The translations under genes were made by a program, and so were the position numbers. Below are positions 8,943 to 20,370 of a stretch of 64,000 bases of DNA, piece after piece (within the stretch, counting starts at the first letter, position 1; every line of letters begins with the position of its first letter). A model generated the notes under the pieces. That model was not told where the DNA came from. It saw only the letters and a list, made by a program, of their open reading frames with translations, and made no database searches. This DNA is from a bacterium. GTDB taxonomy: Bacteria > SZUA-182 > DTGQ01 > JAFGSM01. The stretch spans positions 191,919 to 255,918 of the forward strand of contig JBLIRN010000001.1 in the NCBI GenBank assembly GCA_049472315.1, in the 5' to 3' direction.

Positions 8943-10232
8943 CTAACCAATCCGTGCCTTGATCGATCGGGCGTGGGCATCGAGGCCTTCGATTTGTGCG
9001 AGCTTAATCGCCTTTTCCCCTATGTCCTGCAGCCCTTCCCGAGTGTAAAAACTGATCCCGGAGCGCTTGATAAAATCATCCACACCAAGCGCAGAAAAGA
9101 ACCTCGCCGTCCCTCCGGTGGGAAGGACATGATTCGGCCCTGCGATATAATCCCCCACCGGCTCAGGGGTATAGTATCCCAAAAAGATGGAGCCTGCATT
9201 CCTGATCCTTCCCAGCCAGGGAAACGGATCCTTGAGTGCGAGTTCCAAATGCTCCGGGCCGATCGCATTCACCACTTCGACTGCCTGGTCGAGGTCCTCG
9301 ACCTGGATGATGAGGCCGTACTGTTCGAGTGAACAACGGCAGATATCGCCGCGCGGGAGAAGGCCCAGTTGTGATTCAATCTCCCTGCGAACGGCATCAA
9401 TGAGTGTGGCGGATGGGGTGACAAGGATTGAGGAGGCACGCTCATCATGCTCCGCCTGTGAAAGCAGGTCTGCTGCGACAAACCGCGGCGGGGCGGAATC
9501 ATCCGCTACCACCAGGATCTCGCTCGGCCCGGCGAGCATATCGATGTTCACATGTCCGAACACAAGTTTTTTTGCCAGGGTGACAAAAATATTCCCTGGA
9601 CCGACGATCTTGTCGACCTTCGGGATCGTGTCGGTACCAAAGGAAAGGGCGGCTATTGCCTGCGCACCCCCAACCTTGAATACCTTGTTCACCCCTGCCA
9701 TATCAGCGGCAACAAGGATATACGGATTAAGGCACGTGTCCGCCTGGGGTGGTGAAACGCAACAAATCTCATCCACGCCGGCGATCTTCGCCGGGATTGC
9801 GCACATGAGAACCGAGGAGGGATAGGGCGCCTTGCCACCGGGGACATAGATGCCTACGCGCTCAAGGGGGGTGATCATCTGGCCGAGCATACCGCCGAAG
9901 GGCCCGGGATGAATCCAGGTATTCCTCCGCTGCCTTCCATGGTAATCCTCAATCCGTTCCATGGCAAATCTGATGACATCGATCCCCTCCTGCGGCACCT
10001 TTCTGTAGGCCTCTTCAATCTCCGATCTGTCAACAACAAGGTCCTTTTGGGAAAGATGTGCGCCATCAAACTGCCCGGTATATTCGAGCAGGGCGTCATC
10101 ACCCCTGCGGCGAACATCGCCGACGATCTCCTTCACCCTCGCTTCAAGCGACGCATCATCAAAAGATCCTCGCGATTTAAACTCCGTAAGGGCTGCGTGA
10201 AACCCCGGCTCATGTGCCTTTAATACCCTCAT
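8943..10232 (-). CDS. hisD: Histidinol dehydrogenase
   Basis: GIYVPGGKAPYPSS, IDMLAGPSE, DLLSQAEHD, GDYIAGPNHVLPT; TGATG overlap with the murA stop. Confidence 0.97.
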   Translation of the reverse strand: MRVLKAHEPGFHAALTEFKSRGSFDDASLEARVKEIVGDVRRRGDDALLEYTGQFDGAHLSQKDLVVDRSEIEEAYRKVPQEGIDVIRFAMERIEDYHGRQRRNTWIHPGPFGGMLGQMITPLERVGIYVPGGKAPYPSSVLMCAIPAKIAGVDEICCVSPPQADTCLNPYILVAADMAGVNKVFKVGGAQAIAALSFGTDTIPKVDKIVGPGNIFVTLAKKLVFGHVNIDMLAGPSEILVVADDSAPPRFVAADLLSQAEHDERASSILVTPSATLIDAVRREIESQLGLLPRGDICRCSLEQYGLIIQVEDLDQAVEVVNAIGPEHLELALKDPFPWLGRIRNAGSIFLGYYTPEPVGDYIAGPNHVLPTGGTARFFSALGVDDFIKRSGISFYTREGLQDIGEKAIKLAQIEGLDAHARSIKARIG

Positions 10233-11497
10233 CACTCTCGCTCCCTCCTGATTACGGCCCCCAATTTACCGAATTTTTCCTCTATCCGCTCATACCCCCG
10301 GTCAAGATGATAGATCCTGGAGACAGTGGTTTCTCCGCGCGCTGCGAGCCCCGCCAGGATAAGGCATGCACTTGCCCTCAGGTCGGTTGCCATCACAGGA
10401 GCGCCGTCCATATAGTTCACCCCCTTGACAATCGCCGTATGGCCGTCGATATCGATGTCCGCTCCCATCCTCATCAGTTCCTGAACGTGCATGAAACGAT
10501 TTTCAAACACCGTCTCCCTGATCAGGCTCACCCCCTTTGCCAGGCAGAGGAGTGCCATAAACTGGGCCTGCATGTCCGTGGGGAATCCGGGATAGGGGGC
10601 GGTGCTGATCTCCACGGGAAGTATCTTCTCAGTAACCTTCCGCTCCACCTCGATAATGTCTGGGACGGGATTGGTGATCACCGCCCCCGCCTCTTCCAGT
10701 TTTTCGCTCACTGCAGAAACGAATTCGAAGGGGCAATTTCTGACTGCTATCCTCCCCCCTGTTATGGCCGCCGCCACCATGAACGTGCCTGCCTCGATAC
10801 GATCGGGGATAATGCGGTGATCGAATGGACGGAGGTCTCGATTCCCCTTGATGAGGATTCGGTCGGTGCCCGCTCCCTCGACACAGGCCCCCATCTTTAT
10901 CAACACATGGGCCAGGTCGACGATCTCCGGCTCCCTGGCGGCATTATCGATGATGGTCTCATCGTCGATAGCGGCGGCCGCCATCATGAGGTTTTCGGTA
11001 CACGTAACACTGGGCAGATCAAGAATGATATGCCCCCCGTGCATTCGTTTACATTCCGCCTTCACATACCCACGCACCAGATCGATGTTCACCCCAAATT
11101 TTTTGAGTCCCTTGAGATGAAGGTTGATGGGACGCGCTCCGATTGCGCAGCCTCCGGGAAGGGATACCTCAGCCTCGCCGAAGCGCGCCACCAGAGGGCC
11201 TAAAACAAGGACAGATGCCCTCATGGTTTTGACCAGGTCATAGGGAATGCGGCACGGAGAGGTCCGTGAGGAATCAATCTCGATGACATCGGCACCGATA
11301 TGATGAACGTCGGCACCAAGCAGGGCCAACAGCCTCTGTGTGGTGGCAATGTCCTTAAGCCGGGGTATGTTACGTATGGTCGATTGTCCCTGTGTCAGAA
11401 GGGTGGCTGCAAGCACCGGGAGGGCGGTGTTTTTGGCGCCACTGACATACACGTCGCCGAACAGGGGCCTACCCCCCTCGATAACGATCCTATCCAG
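10232..11497 (-). CDS. murA: UDP-N-acetylglucosamine 1-carboxyvinyltransferase (probable CTG start)
   Basis: [32 protein letters not shown]; conserved N-terminus (M)DRIVIEGG begins at CTG 11497 after AAGGAG. Confidence 0.96.
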   Translation of the reverse strand: MDRIVIEGGRPLFGDVYVSGAKNTALPVLAATLLTQGQSTIRNIPRLKDIATTQRLLALLGADVHHIGADVIEIDSSRTSPCRIPYDLVKTMRASVLVLGPLVARFGEAEVSLPGGCAIGARPINLHLKGLKKFGVNIDLVRGYVKAECKRMHGGHIILDLPSVTCTENLMMAAAAIDDETIIDNAAREPEIVDLAHVLIKMGACVEGAGTDRILIKGNRDLRPFDHRIIPDRIEAGTFMVAAAITGGRIAVRNCPFEFVSAVSEKLEEAGAVITNPVPDIIEVERKVTEKILPVEISTAPYPGFPTDMQAQFMALLCLAKGVSLIRETVFENRFMHVQELMRMGADIDIDGHTAIVKGVNYMDGAPVMATDLRASACLILAGLAARGETTVSRIYHLDRGYERIEEKFGKLGAVIRRERE

Positions 11498-12395
11498 TTA
11501 ACGACTCCTTTCCTTGCAATTCGTTTTTTCCCGGACAAATTCCGGCCACCACCCGCTCCTGCCCGCTGTAGTCCTTCACCACCGCTATGTCACGATATCG
11601 CCAGGCGGCCAGCATCTCACGGACGGACTGGGCCTGATCCGCTCCGATCTCAACGACAAGATACCCCGTCGGCTTCAAGAATGCTATCGCCCCGGGAACC
11701 AGGCGGCGGTAAAATGCAAGACCGTCGCTTCCACCATCCACAGCAGCCCTCGGTTCGAAACGACTGATTTCCGGCTGAAGTTTATCTATTTCCCCTGATG
11801 GTATATAGGGTGGATTACAGACAACAAGATCAAAGCAGCCCCTTTGTTCCCTCACCGGCTCGAAGAGATCTCCAACGGCGAAATGAATACGTTCCAGTAC
11901 ATTATGTATCCTGGCGTTCTCCTTTGCAAGCTCGATTGCCTGCCCGGAGATATCCGTCGCCCAAAGGGAAGCGGACGGCACCTCCTTTGCCAGACATACG
12001 GCGATGTTCCCGCTCCCGGTGCACACATCGAGTATGGAGTGTCCCGGGTGTGCCCGTGCAAGGGCGAACTCCACGAGATGTTCCGTTTCCTGTCTGGGGA
12101 TGAGCACCCCCGGTCGAACGGCGAACTCAAGCGACCAGAATCCCCAGTGGCCGAGTATGTATTGAAGCGGTTCCCTCTTGGAGCGTCTGATGACTGCAGA
12201 ACGGTATTTGGCGAGCTCGGGTGGTGTCAATGGCTGATCATAGTGGGTATAAAGCCAGAGCCGATCCCTGCCGAGGGCGAAGGCGAGGAGCATTTCCGAA
12301 TCGAATCGCGGCCGTTCTATGCATAGACCTTCGAGATAGGGGATGGTCCATTCCAGAAGCCGTCTTATGGTCCAGGCCTTCTCCACATCAGGCAA
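11490..12395 (-). CDS. prmC: Release factor glutamine methyltransferase
   Basis: [21 protein letters not shown]; follows prfA. Confidence 0.96.
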   Translation of the reverse strand: MPDVEKAWTIRRLLEWTIPYLEGLCIERPRFDSEMLLAFALGRDRLWLYTHYDQPLTPPELAKYRSAVIRRSKREPLQYILGHWGFWSLEFAVRPGVLIPRQETEHLVEFALARAHPGHSILDVCTGSGNIAVCLAKEVPSASLWATDISGQAIELAKENARIHNVLERIHFAVGDLFEPVREQRGCFDLVVCNPPYIPSGEIDKLQPEISRFEPRAAVDGGSDGLAFYRRLVPGAIAFLKPTGYLVVEIGADQAQSVREMLAAWRYRDIAVVKDYSGQERVVAGICPGKNELQGKESLTG

Positions 12396-13458
12396 CCTTC
12401 TTCATTTCCTCAGACTTGAAGTGCGCGATGAGTGATTCGATTATCTCATCCAATTCCCCGGACAGGACACCCTCCAGCCTATAAAGGGTCAGGCCTATCC
12501 TGTGATCGGTAATGCGGTTCTGCGGAAAATTGTAGGTGCGTATCTTTTCGCTCCTGTCACCGGTGCCGACCTGGGATCGCCGATCCCTGGCTATCTGCTC
12601 GTGCTGCTCCTCTTGACGTTTCGTGAGCAGGCGCGCCCTGAGCACCCGCAATGCCTTCGCACGATTCTTGTGCTGCGACTTCTCATCCTGGCAACTCACC
12701 ACGAGGCCGGTGGGGAGATGGGTAATCCTCACCGCAGAATCGGTCGTATTCACGCTCTGTCCCCCATGACCTGTTGAACGGAAGACATCAACTCGAAGCT
12801 CTTCTGGCCGGATCTCCACCTCCACCTCTTCGGCCTCCGGCAACACGGCAACCGTAACGGCCGAGGTATGGATGCGCCCTGCGGATTCCGTTACCGGCAC
12901 CCTCTGTACCCTGTGGACGCCCATCTCATATTTAAGGCAGCTGTAAACCTTCTCACCCTGTATGCCGATAATGATCTCCTTGAATCCCCCCACGCCTATG
13001 GGATGTGAGCTGATAACCTCCACCTTCCATCCCTTGCGCTCCGCATACCGGGTGTACATTCGGACTAGATCCGCGGCAAAAAGGGCCGCCTCCTCTCCCC
13101 CTGTTCCTGCCCTGATTTCGAGGATGATATTCTTTTCGTCGTTGGGGTCCTTCGGGAGAAGGAGGATTCTTAACTCCTCCTCCAACTCCTCTTTCCGCTG
13201 TTCCAGTTCTTCCATCTCCATTCGAGCCAGATCCCGTAATTCCTTGTCATCCGTCTCCTCCCTGATGATCTGATGTGCCTCTTCAATGCGCCCTTCAACC
13301 TCTTTGTACCGGCGGTAGGTAGTGACCACCTTTTCAAGCTCAGCCTGCGACTTCGCATATACTCGATACTGAACCTGATCGGCGATCACTGCCGGATCAC
13401 TCAGGAGACGGTTAAGCTCCTCGTATCGTTGTTCAACCTTTTGTAATTTTTCAAACAT
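12388..13458 (-). CDS. prfA: Peptide chain release factor 1
   Basis: GGQ motif, PVT discriminator motif, [11 protein letters not shown]. Confidence 0.98.
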   Translation of the reverse strand: MFEKLQKVEQRYEELNRLLSDPAVIADQVQYRVYAKSQAELEKVVTTYRRYKEVEGRIEEAHQIIREETDDKELRDLARMEMEELEQRKEELEEELRILLLPKDPNDEKNIILEIRAGTGGEEAALFAADLVRMYTRYAERKGWKVEVISSHPIGVGGFKEIIIGIQGEKVYSCLKYEMGVHRVQRVPVTESAGRIHTSAVTVAVLPEAEEVEVEIRPEELRVDVFRSTGHGGQSVNTTDSAVRITHLPTGLVVSCQDEKSQHKNRAKALRVLRARLLTKRQEEQHEQIARDRRSQVGTGDRSEKIRTYNFPQNRITDHRIGLTLYRLEGVLSGELDEIIESLIAHFKSEEMKKVA

Positions 13459-13724
13459 GGTCTATTCCTATGGCGTATGCACCTTAACGGGTTTACTTTT
13501 TCCAGTTTAACCCAAAAATTCCATTAAAAAAACCACATAGCGCGGAAATTGTCCAATATGGCGAAGTCATTATCATACATTGGGTACCCAAAGAAAAACA
13601 AAAATATTCTCAGTATCAGAACGTTTGTTTGTGCCCTCTGTGGCGGATTGCATTAACGTGATGTAACGTAAGCGCACATGCCTCATCGAAGCGGTGAAGA
13701 TCAAGGGAAATAAGGATATGGACC

Positions 13725-14492
13725 CTATGAGAAGGGAAGGCAGTTAAGGCGCTCGAGCAATTCCCCTTCCGGAAGGGTGGCAATGTGGGAAAACGCCTCC
13801 TTAACCTGCGAGGAGAGGCCGCAGGTCATTTTGCCTTCCGGACAGGGCCCTGCCAGGCAAAAAGGCCCTGCGTTCTCGAACAGGCTGGGGGAGATGCGCA
13901 AGACCTCACGAAGCATCAGCACGGCCAATGCCCTGATTTCCCATTGCGCCCTCTGGCAGCAACGGTAGCGGAAAAAATGCCGCAATTCCCTGGCATTCAT
14001 GGTAACCGCGATCTTCGTCTCGGCTGCATTGGGAAGGATGTATCGAGCATCCTCCTGGGAGACGCCGTCTTCAACCCATGCATCATAGAGTTGATAGATG
14101 GTCGCCATAAGATGCTCAAATTGGTCAACCTTTTTTGTGTCCTGTTTGAGGCATGGGGGTATGACATAGCGAAATCCCCCTTCTTCCCGCACATATCTCT
14201 GGCTCCGCTGGGAATAGGATGCCACCCGATGGCGGACGAGTTGATGGGTGGTAACCCGGGAAATACCCTCGATGAGGAATGTGAACGATGCATGCTCCAG
14301 GACCGACTGATGTCCTAGGGAGATGATCTTTCGGACAAAGGGTATCTGGTCGGTCTTGTCCACGTCATCCTTCAGGTCCTCCACGTCCAGCGATGAATAG
14401 CAGAGCCGCGCCGCGGTCGCCACAGCCCTTTCGGGATCGGGGGTATGCCGGAAGAGGATTACCCCTGGATACGCCCTCATGCCGTTATCCAT
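13725..14492 (-). CDS. thyX: FAD-dependent thymidylate synthase
   Basis: [22 protein letters not shown]; start placed at the ATG overlapping the rpmE stop. Confidence 0.95.
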   Translation of the reverse strand: MDNGMRAYPGVILFRHTPDPERAVATAARLCYSSLDVEDLKDDVDKTDQIPFVRKIISLGHQSVLEHASFTFLIEGISRVTTHQLVRHRVASYSQRSQRYVREEGGFRYVIPPCLKQDTKKVDQFEHLMATIYQLYDAWVEDGVSQEDARYILPNAAETKIAVTMNARELRHFFRYRCCQRAQWEIRALAVLMLREVLRISPSLFENAGPFCLAGPCPEGKMTCGLSSQVKEAFSHIATLPEGELLERLNCLPFS

Positions 14493-14715
14493 TTTTCGCC
14501 TTGCCCGCCTTTTTGAGCCCCTTTTCATATTTGCGGCGGAATTTTTCCACACGTCCAGCGGTATCGATCAGCTTCTGCTTTCCGGTAAAAAAGGGATGGC
14601 AGCTCGAACAGATTTCGACATGCATCGTTTCAACAGTGGATCCGATATGATACGTAGCACCACACGCACAGGTGATCGTTGCGTCATGGTATGGCGGATG
14701 GATGTCCTTCTTCAT
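14485..14715 (-). CDS. rpmE: 50S ribosomal protein L31 (Zn-binding type)
   Basis: [23 protein letters not shown]. Confidence 0.97.
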   Translation of the reverse strand: MKKDIHPPYHDATITCACGATYHIGSTVETMHVEICSSCHPFFTGKQKLIDTAGRVEKFRRKYEKGLKKAGKAKNG

Positions 14716-14762
14716 TCTTCAATGCCTCCTGATCATTCTCTTTCATAGTTAGGGGAGCTCGC

Positions 14763-16019
14763 TCACCCTTCCATCTTATTCATTGCATTAAGAAATTCCT
14801 CGTTGTTCTTGGTGCCCGAGAGTTTATCCAGCAGGAATTCCATCTTTTCCGTGATGGTGAGGGGCTGCAGTATCTTTCTCAACATCCAGACCCTTTGCAG
14901 CTCAGCCGGTTTGACAAGGAGTTCTTCCTTCCTGGTTCCGGAGCGGTCGATATCGATCGCAGGGAAGATCCTCCTGTCCACGAGACGACGATCAAGGTTG
15001 ATCTCCATGTTGCCGGTTCCCTTGAATTCCTCAAAAATGACGTCATCCATGCGGCTCCCCGTATCAACCAAGGCGGTGGCAATAATGGTCAGGCTGCCTC
15101 CCTCCTCGATATTTCGCGCAGCGCCGAAAAACCTCTTCGGCTTTTGCAGGGCGTTTGCATCAATCCCGCCGGAGAGCACCTTGCCGCTCGGCGGGGTTAA
15201 CGTATTGTAGGCACGGGCAAGCCTGGTGATACTGTCTAATAGTATTACCACATCATGCTTGTATTCCACAAGTCTCTTCGCCTTTTCCATGACCATCTGG
15301 GCAACCTGTACGTGCCGGGTCGGGGCCTCATCGAATGTGGAACTGATTACCTCACCCTTTACCGAGCGGAGCATGTCCGTCACCTCTTCCGGCCGCTCAT
15401 CGATGAGCAGGACGATAAGAATGATCTCCGGATGATTGATAGTGATGCTGTTGGCAATCGCCTGAAGAAGCATGGTCTTCCCCGTTCGGGGAGGTGCGAC
15501 GATGAGCGCCCTTTGCCCCTTGCCGAGCGGGGTCAACAGGTCCATCACCCTGGTGGAGAGATTCCCGTCCTCCGTTTCCAGCTTGACCCGCTCCTCCGGA
15601 TACAAAGGGGTCAGATTGTCGAAAAGGATCTTTTCCTTTGCCTGCTCGGGGGGCTCAAAGTTGATCGCCTCCACCTTTAGGAGGGCGAAATATTTTTCAG
15701 CCTCCTTGGGAGGCCTGATTTGCCCGAATACCGTGTCACCGGTTTTAAGGTCAAAACGCCTGATCTGAGATGGAGAAACATAAATATCATCCGGTCCGGG
15801 AAGATAGTTATAGTCGGGTGCCCGCAAAAAACCAAAACCGTCAGGGAGTGTCTCGAGAACCCCTTCTCCATAAATGGACCCGTTCATCTCCGTCTGCGCC
15901 TGGAGAATACGGAAGATCAGGTCCTGCTTCCGCATGCTGCTGGTTGATTCTACCCCTAATTCCTTGGCAACCTTGTTCAGTTCTCCGATGGTTTTTTCCT
16001 TCAATTCTACAATGTTCAT
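14763..16019 (-). CDS. rho: Transcription termination factor Rho
   Basis: [30 protein letters not shown]. Confidence 0.98.
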   Translation of the reverse strand: MNIVELKEKTIGELNKVAKELGVESTSSMRKQDLIFRILQAQTEMNGSIYGEGVLETLPDGFGFLRAPDYNYLPGPDDIYVSPSQIRRFDLKTGDTVFGQIRPPKEAEKYFALLKVEAINFEPPEQAKEKILFDNLTPLYPEERVKLETEDGNLSTRVMDLLTPLGKGQRALIVAPPRTGKTMLLQAIANSITINHPEIILIVLLIDERPEEVTDMLRSVKGEVISSTFDEAPTRHVQVAQMVMEKAKRLVEYKHDVVILLDSITRLARAYNTLTPPSGKVLSGGIDANALQKPKRFFGAARNIEEGGSLTIIATALVDTGSRMDDVIFEEFKGTGNMEINLDRRLVDRRIFPAIDIDRSGTRKEELLVKPAELQRVWMLRKILQPLTITEKMEFLLDKLSGTKNNEEFLNAMNKMEG

Positions 16020-16331
16020 CTTCGTACCCTTTTACGCCCCTTTTTGAAACGGTTACGATAATTAAATGCCATAAAGGCGTTATGCACTTACACTATATTC
16101 CACAATCCCTTAGCAGGGTATCTCTATATTTTAAGAACCTTTTGAAATACTGACACGTAGGATGAATTTGACGATTACAGATCACTATAAACCTGAGAAA
16201 TGGCTGGACCTCTGAAAAGTAGTGTTTTGCAATTTTTACAAGAACATGCCTGTAATGATATGTAAATCGGAAAGGATCTTTTAATAATACTATAGACGCG
16301 CACATGCGATTTGTCAAGTCCTCATCGTTTT

Positions 16332-17276
16332 TCATAATAATTCATGCATTTCCACGTGCTGACCGATCAGAAACAGACGGAGTTTTTTTATGGCGGAACA
16401 TTCTATCTGCCGAATTCTTTCACGGGTCACGCTGTATCTTTTGCCGATTTCCTCAAGGGTCTTCGGCTCGCCACTCTGCAAACCGAACCGGAGCGTGACA
16501 ATCTCCCGTTCCTGAGTGTTCAGGATCTTGAGGAGCAAGGCGACGTATCGTTGCCGATTCTGCCGTATTATCGACTCTATTGGCGATCGTTCCATCTCGC
16601 CCCCGTGTTCGCCTACCTCGAAGATGCCCTTTTTCTCCAGGTACGTTTCAATGGATACGCTGTGCTGCAATGCATTCATCAGGTTTCGTATCTTCTGAGG
16701 TGATTCGTCCAGCTCCGTAGCAAGCTCCTCTGATGTGGGATCACGTCCCAATCGCTGCACCATATTCCGAAGGATTCGCAAAAAACGGTTGACCGTTTCG
16801 GTCATATTCATGGGCAGCCGTATGGTATTCGAGTACTTGGCCAATGCCCTTACGATATACTGCTTGATCCACCACGTTGCATAGGTGCTGAACTTATACC
16901 CCCTGCACGGATCGAATTTTTCAACCGCGCGGATGAGCCCAAGATTACCCTCTTCGATCAAGTCCAATATGGGCAAACCATGATTCGCGTACCTCTTGGC
17001 GATACTTATCACCAGCCGTAGATTCCCCTTAATCAGGAGGGCGCGCGCCTCCTGATCCCCGTGTGTGGTCCTGATGGCAAGGTCATACTCCTCTTGAGGA
17101 CTCAAAATCTTGATGCCGCTTATATCCTTAAAATAGACGCGGACCGGATCGAAAATATTTTGGCGTATCCTTTTGGAGGACACCTCCGCATCGATCTCCG
17201 CGTCCCTCTTCATCGCCTCGGAGCCGGCATCGTCATTCTCATCTATGAATGAATCATATGCATCAAACGAGAGCAT
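16332..17276 (-). CDS. rpoS: Sigma70-family alternative sigma factor, RpoS-like
   Basis: NLRLVISIAKRY, DLIEEGNLGL, KFSTYATWWI, TRERIRQIE; lacks region 1.1; lies downstream of an nlpD-like gene. Confidence 0.75.
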   Translation of the reverse strand: MLSFDAYDSFIDENDDAGSEAMKRDAEIDAEVSSKRIRQNIFDPVRVYFKDISGIKILSPQEEYDLAIRTTHGDQEARALLIKGNLRLVISIAKRYANHGLPILDLIEEGNLGLIRAVEKFDPCRGYKFSTYATWWIKQYIVRALAKYSNTIRLPMNMTETVNRFLRILRNMVQRLGRDPTSEELATELDESPQKIRNLMNALQHSVSIETYLEKKGIFEVGEHGGEMERSPIESIIRQNRQRYVALLLKILNTQEREIVTLRFGLQSGEPKTLEEIGKRYSVTRERIRQIECSAIKKLRLFLIGQHVEMHELL

Positions 17277-17306
17277 GGTTTGTGCAATGGCCCTTGTGCA
17301 GCCTGT

Positions 17307-17978
17307 TTATAGGTGCGGAAGAAATTGAAGGGGATTGACGGATTTTTTTTCCTTCCTGATCTCAAAGTGAAGATGCGGCTCTCCACCGTTTTCCGCCTTT
17401 CCCACCTGAGCAATAATCTGTCCCTGCTCTATCAAGGCCCCCATCTTCACCAGTGTTACTCCATTATTGGCATAGACCGAGGAAAAACCACTTTTGTGCT
17501 TGATGATGATCATATTCCCATAACCAGCCATATGGTCGCCATTATAAATAACCTCACCCGAAGCGGCTGCCTTTACCGGTGTTCCTTCGGGAGATAAGAT
17601 ATCGATACCTGAATAATTGATTGACCCGGAACGTCTAAATCCGCGAACAACAGGCCCTTTTAAAGGCCATATGAAATCAGGAGCATCATCTTTTCTGAGA
17701 GCAGTCTGAGTGGGAATGTATATCTTTCTGCCGACAGGAAGTTTCGTAACATCATCTATATTATTATATCGGACAATATCCTCCAATGGTACGCCATAGG
17801 TATACGCAATCCTCCAGAGTGTCTCCCCTTTCTTGACAACATGGCACCGGTCTTCTTGCGCCTTCTCATCGGTATTCCTGTAATGGTATCTCCCATGTCC
17901 CGGCCAGGTGCAGTGGGAAAGAAACAGACACGCAATACAAAGGAGCCCTATGCGAAATGGTGCAACATACCTTCCCAT
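17307..17978 (-). CDS. nlpD: LysM/M23 NlpD-like lipoprotein
   Basis: LysM (HVVKKGETLWRIA) plus M23 (GIDI, HLHFEIR) with degenerate Zn ligands; N-terminal hydrophobic segment ending in Cys. Confidence 0.85.
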   Translation of the reverse strand: MGRYVAPFRIGLLCIACLFLSHCTWPGHGRYHYRNTDEKAQEDRCHVVKKGETLWRIAYTYGVPLEDIVRYNNIDDVTKLPVGRKIYIPTQTALRKDDAPDFIWPLKGPVVRGFRRSGSINYSGIDILSPEGTPVKAAASGEVIYNGDHMAGYGNMIIIKHKSGFSSVYANNGVTLVKMGALIEQGQIIAQVGKAENGGEPHLHFEIRKEKKSVNPLQFLPHL

Positions 17979-18238
17979 GTACGATAACGTCTTGTAGGCC
18001 TATCCCTCAATAGTCTCTTCGTGATCGCCCTGCTCATTCCGGCAGGGCACGATATTCGTCTTAACGATCCTTGTGCCTTTTCGAGAATACGCAATTATGG
18101 CTCGAACGGGCAAAGAAACCTTACGGGGTCATAGTGAGTACCCTTTAAGGCAGTGACATACAAGAAAATAATGATAATCTAATTAGCGTGCCGAGATGGG
18201 GTAATGGTTGATCCTATGCTGCAGGAAATTCAGCATTA

Positions 18239-18316
<78 letters not shown>

Positions 18317-18353
18317 AATAAGCAAATCAGGCACGTATTATAGTATATATTGT

Positions 18354-18854
18354 TCATAAAAAGCAAACGGGTTTGATGAAGACATGCCACCCGAACAATG
18401 TGGCCACGGTAACAATGATCCCGGCAATCAAAACCCCGATAGTGATCGCCGCCAACGAACGGACAAAACCGAAATCAAATAAAAAGGCAACGACGCTCCC
18501 TGTCCATGCACCGGTCATGGGCAAAGGAATCGCGACAAAAAGGAGCAAGCCCAAAAGCTCCAGTCTCTCCACCAAACGGCTCCTCTTGCGTGACCGTTCA
18601 AAAAGCCATGCAAAAAACCTGGAGAAGGGCCCGTATCGACCCAAATAGTTCGAAACAGGGCCTAAAAAGAGCAGAACGGGAATAATGGCGACGATGTTAC
18701 CGCATACGGATAAAAGGTATGCGGATATAACGGGCATCTTCAGGTAGAGGAGGGCCATCGGGATTGACCCCCGCAATTCAAAAATAGGGAGCATGGCCAC
18801 CCCGATGGTCTTTGCCTCAGGAGTGGATAATAGCCTTAATATCTCGGTCAACAT
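18354..18854 (-). CDS. Putative small multi-drug export family membrane protein (COG2426-like)
   Basis: MLPIFELRGSIP, FVAIPLPMTGAWTG; about four TM segments. Confidence 0.85.
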   Translation of the reverse strand: MLTEILRLLSTPEAKTIGVAMLPIFELRGSIPMALLYLKMPVISAYLLSVCGNIVAIIPVLLFLGPVSNYLGRYGPFSRFFAWLFERSRKRSRLVERLELLGLLLFVAIPLPMTGAWTGSVVAFLFDFGFVRSLAAITIGVLIAGIIVTVATLFGWHVFIKPVCFL

Positions 18855-18857
18855 CCA

Positions 18858-19526
18858 TCAAGCCTCCCAGCCGTGGCTGCCTATGAGCTTTACAAAATCG
18901 CAATCCGCAATCACTGTTTCAGAAATGCCATGGTCTGCGTGCTGAACAAGGGTCAGCTGTTGCGCCTTATCATTCCCCACCGGCATGACAAGGCGTCCAC
19001 CCTCTGCCAACTGATTAACCAGGGGATCCGGTATCGACGGCGCGGCGGCGGTGACTATAATCGCGTTAAATCGGGCCTCTTCAGGCCAGCCCTGTGATCC
19101 GTCACAATGCCTGATGACAACATTGTAAAACCCCAATCTGGCCAGAAGATGTCTCGCCTTCATAGCCAACCCCTGTATTCGTTCAGTACTAAAGACCTGC
19201 TGACACAGCATAGCCAAAATGGCCGTTTGATATCCGGAGCCCGTTCCAATCTCAAGGACCCGGTGCCAGGGCTCAAGAGCGAGCGCCTCCGTCATAAGGG
19301 CTACCACATAGGGTTTGGAGATGGTCTGTCCGTCGCCAATCGGCAAGGAAAAGTCACCGTAGGCGGTTGCAGCGAGTGCCTCTTCAACAAACAGGTGACG
19401 GGAAACCTTCTCCATGGCGTTTATAACCCGTTGATCCGTGATCCCGCGGGCTGCAATCTGCTCCCTGACCATTCGTGAACGAAGGATTTGGTATTCCTTC
19501 TCTCCTCGTATGCCTAAAATGCTCAC
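18858..19526 (-). CDS. pcm: Protein-L-isoaspartate O-methyltransferase
   Basis: GQTIS.P, VLEIGTGSGYQ, GGRLVMPVG. Confidence 0.95.
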   Translation of the reverse strand: MSILGIRGEKEYQILRSRMVREQIAARGITDQRVINAMEKVSRHLFVEEALAATAYGDFSLPIGDGQTISKPYVVALMTEALALEPWHRVLEIGTGSGYQTAILAMLCQQVFSTERIQGLAMKARHLLARLGFYNVVIRHCDGSQGWPEEARFNAIIVTAAAPSIPDPLVNQLAEGGRLVMPVGNDKAQQLTLVQHADHGISETVIADCDFVKLIGSHGWEA

Positions 19527-19775
19527 CGTATTTCTCCGGAAGACAGGACCATTCCCCGTATCGGCGCAGTATCAACGAATACCTGCGACGATCGAATCAA
19601 AACAGGATATCCTTCCCGTGCATCTATGCCATAAGAGTGGAACAGAAACACGCCTCACCGGCCATGCAGGTCACTACCCGGCGGCACTCCTCCGCACACC
19701 GTGCACTCAACCATTTCAAAGGCGCTCTATTAGGGGAAATAAGGATATGAATACAATCCCTTATTGGTATTGATA

Positions 19776-19842
<67 letters not shown>

Positions 19843-19852
<10 letters not shown>

Positions 19853-20292
19853 ACCTCGTTTTCCGGCTGCATTTCTGATTCCGATTTCACTATATTGAGG
19901 ATCTGAAGCAGTTGATCCTTGTGTTCTCGAAGCAAATGGATGTAGATGGCCGGATCCACCTCCATTGACTTTTCCTCTTTGGGGCCATTCCCATTCCCGG
20001 GGGATACCTGAGCCTTGCTCTGACGTGCTGCCTTTTCGGCAGCCAACTGTTTTTTGGCCCCTGCGATGGTGAATTTTTCATTATACAATAATTTCTTTAT
20101 CCTTGAAAGGACCACCAGGTCCTTTTGCCGGTATACCCGCTGGCCGAACCGATTTTTTGCCGGCCTGATCTCCTTGAATTCCGACTCCCAATAACGCAAT
20201 ACATAAGGCTTTACACCAAAAATGCGGCTTACCTCGCCGATCTTATAAAACATCTTTCTGGGGATGGAGGGATCCAAGCTATTCTCATCCAT
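19843..20292 (-). CDS. MerR-family transcriptional regulator
   Basis: [31 protein letters not shown]; typical position next to tRNA-Pro(GGG). Confidence 0.9.
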
Positions 20293-20370
20293 TATTAAAA
20301 CATCCTACTCTTTCCATGTTAATATTTTTGGTTCAGGGATACAATAACGAAGTTACTCTGTAAGAGGGCG

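Noticed and set aside
13725..14492. thyX inside the rho-rpmE-prfA operon as a novelty
   Set aside because: As I recall, this order is already known from deltaproteobacterial genomes.
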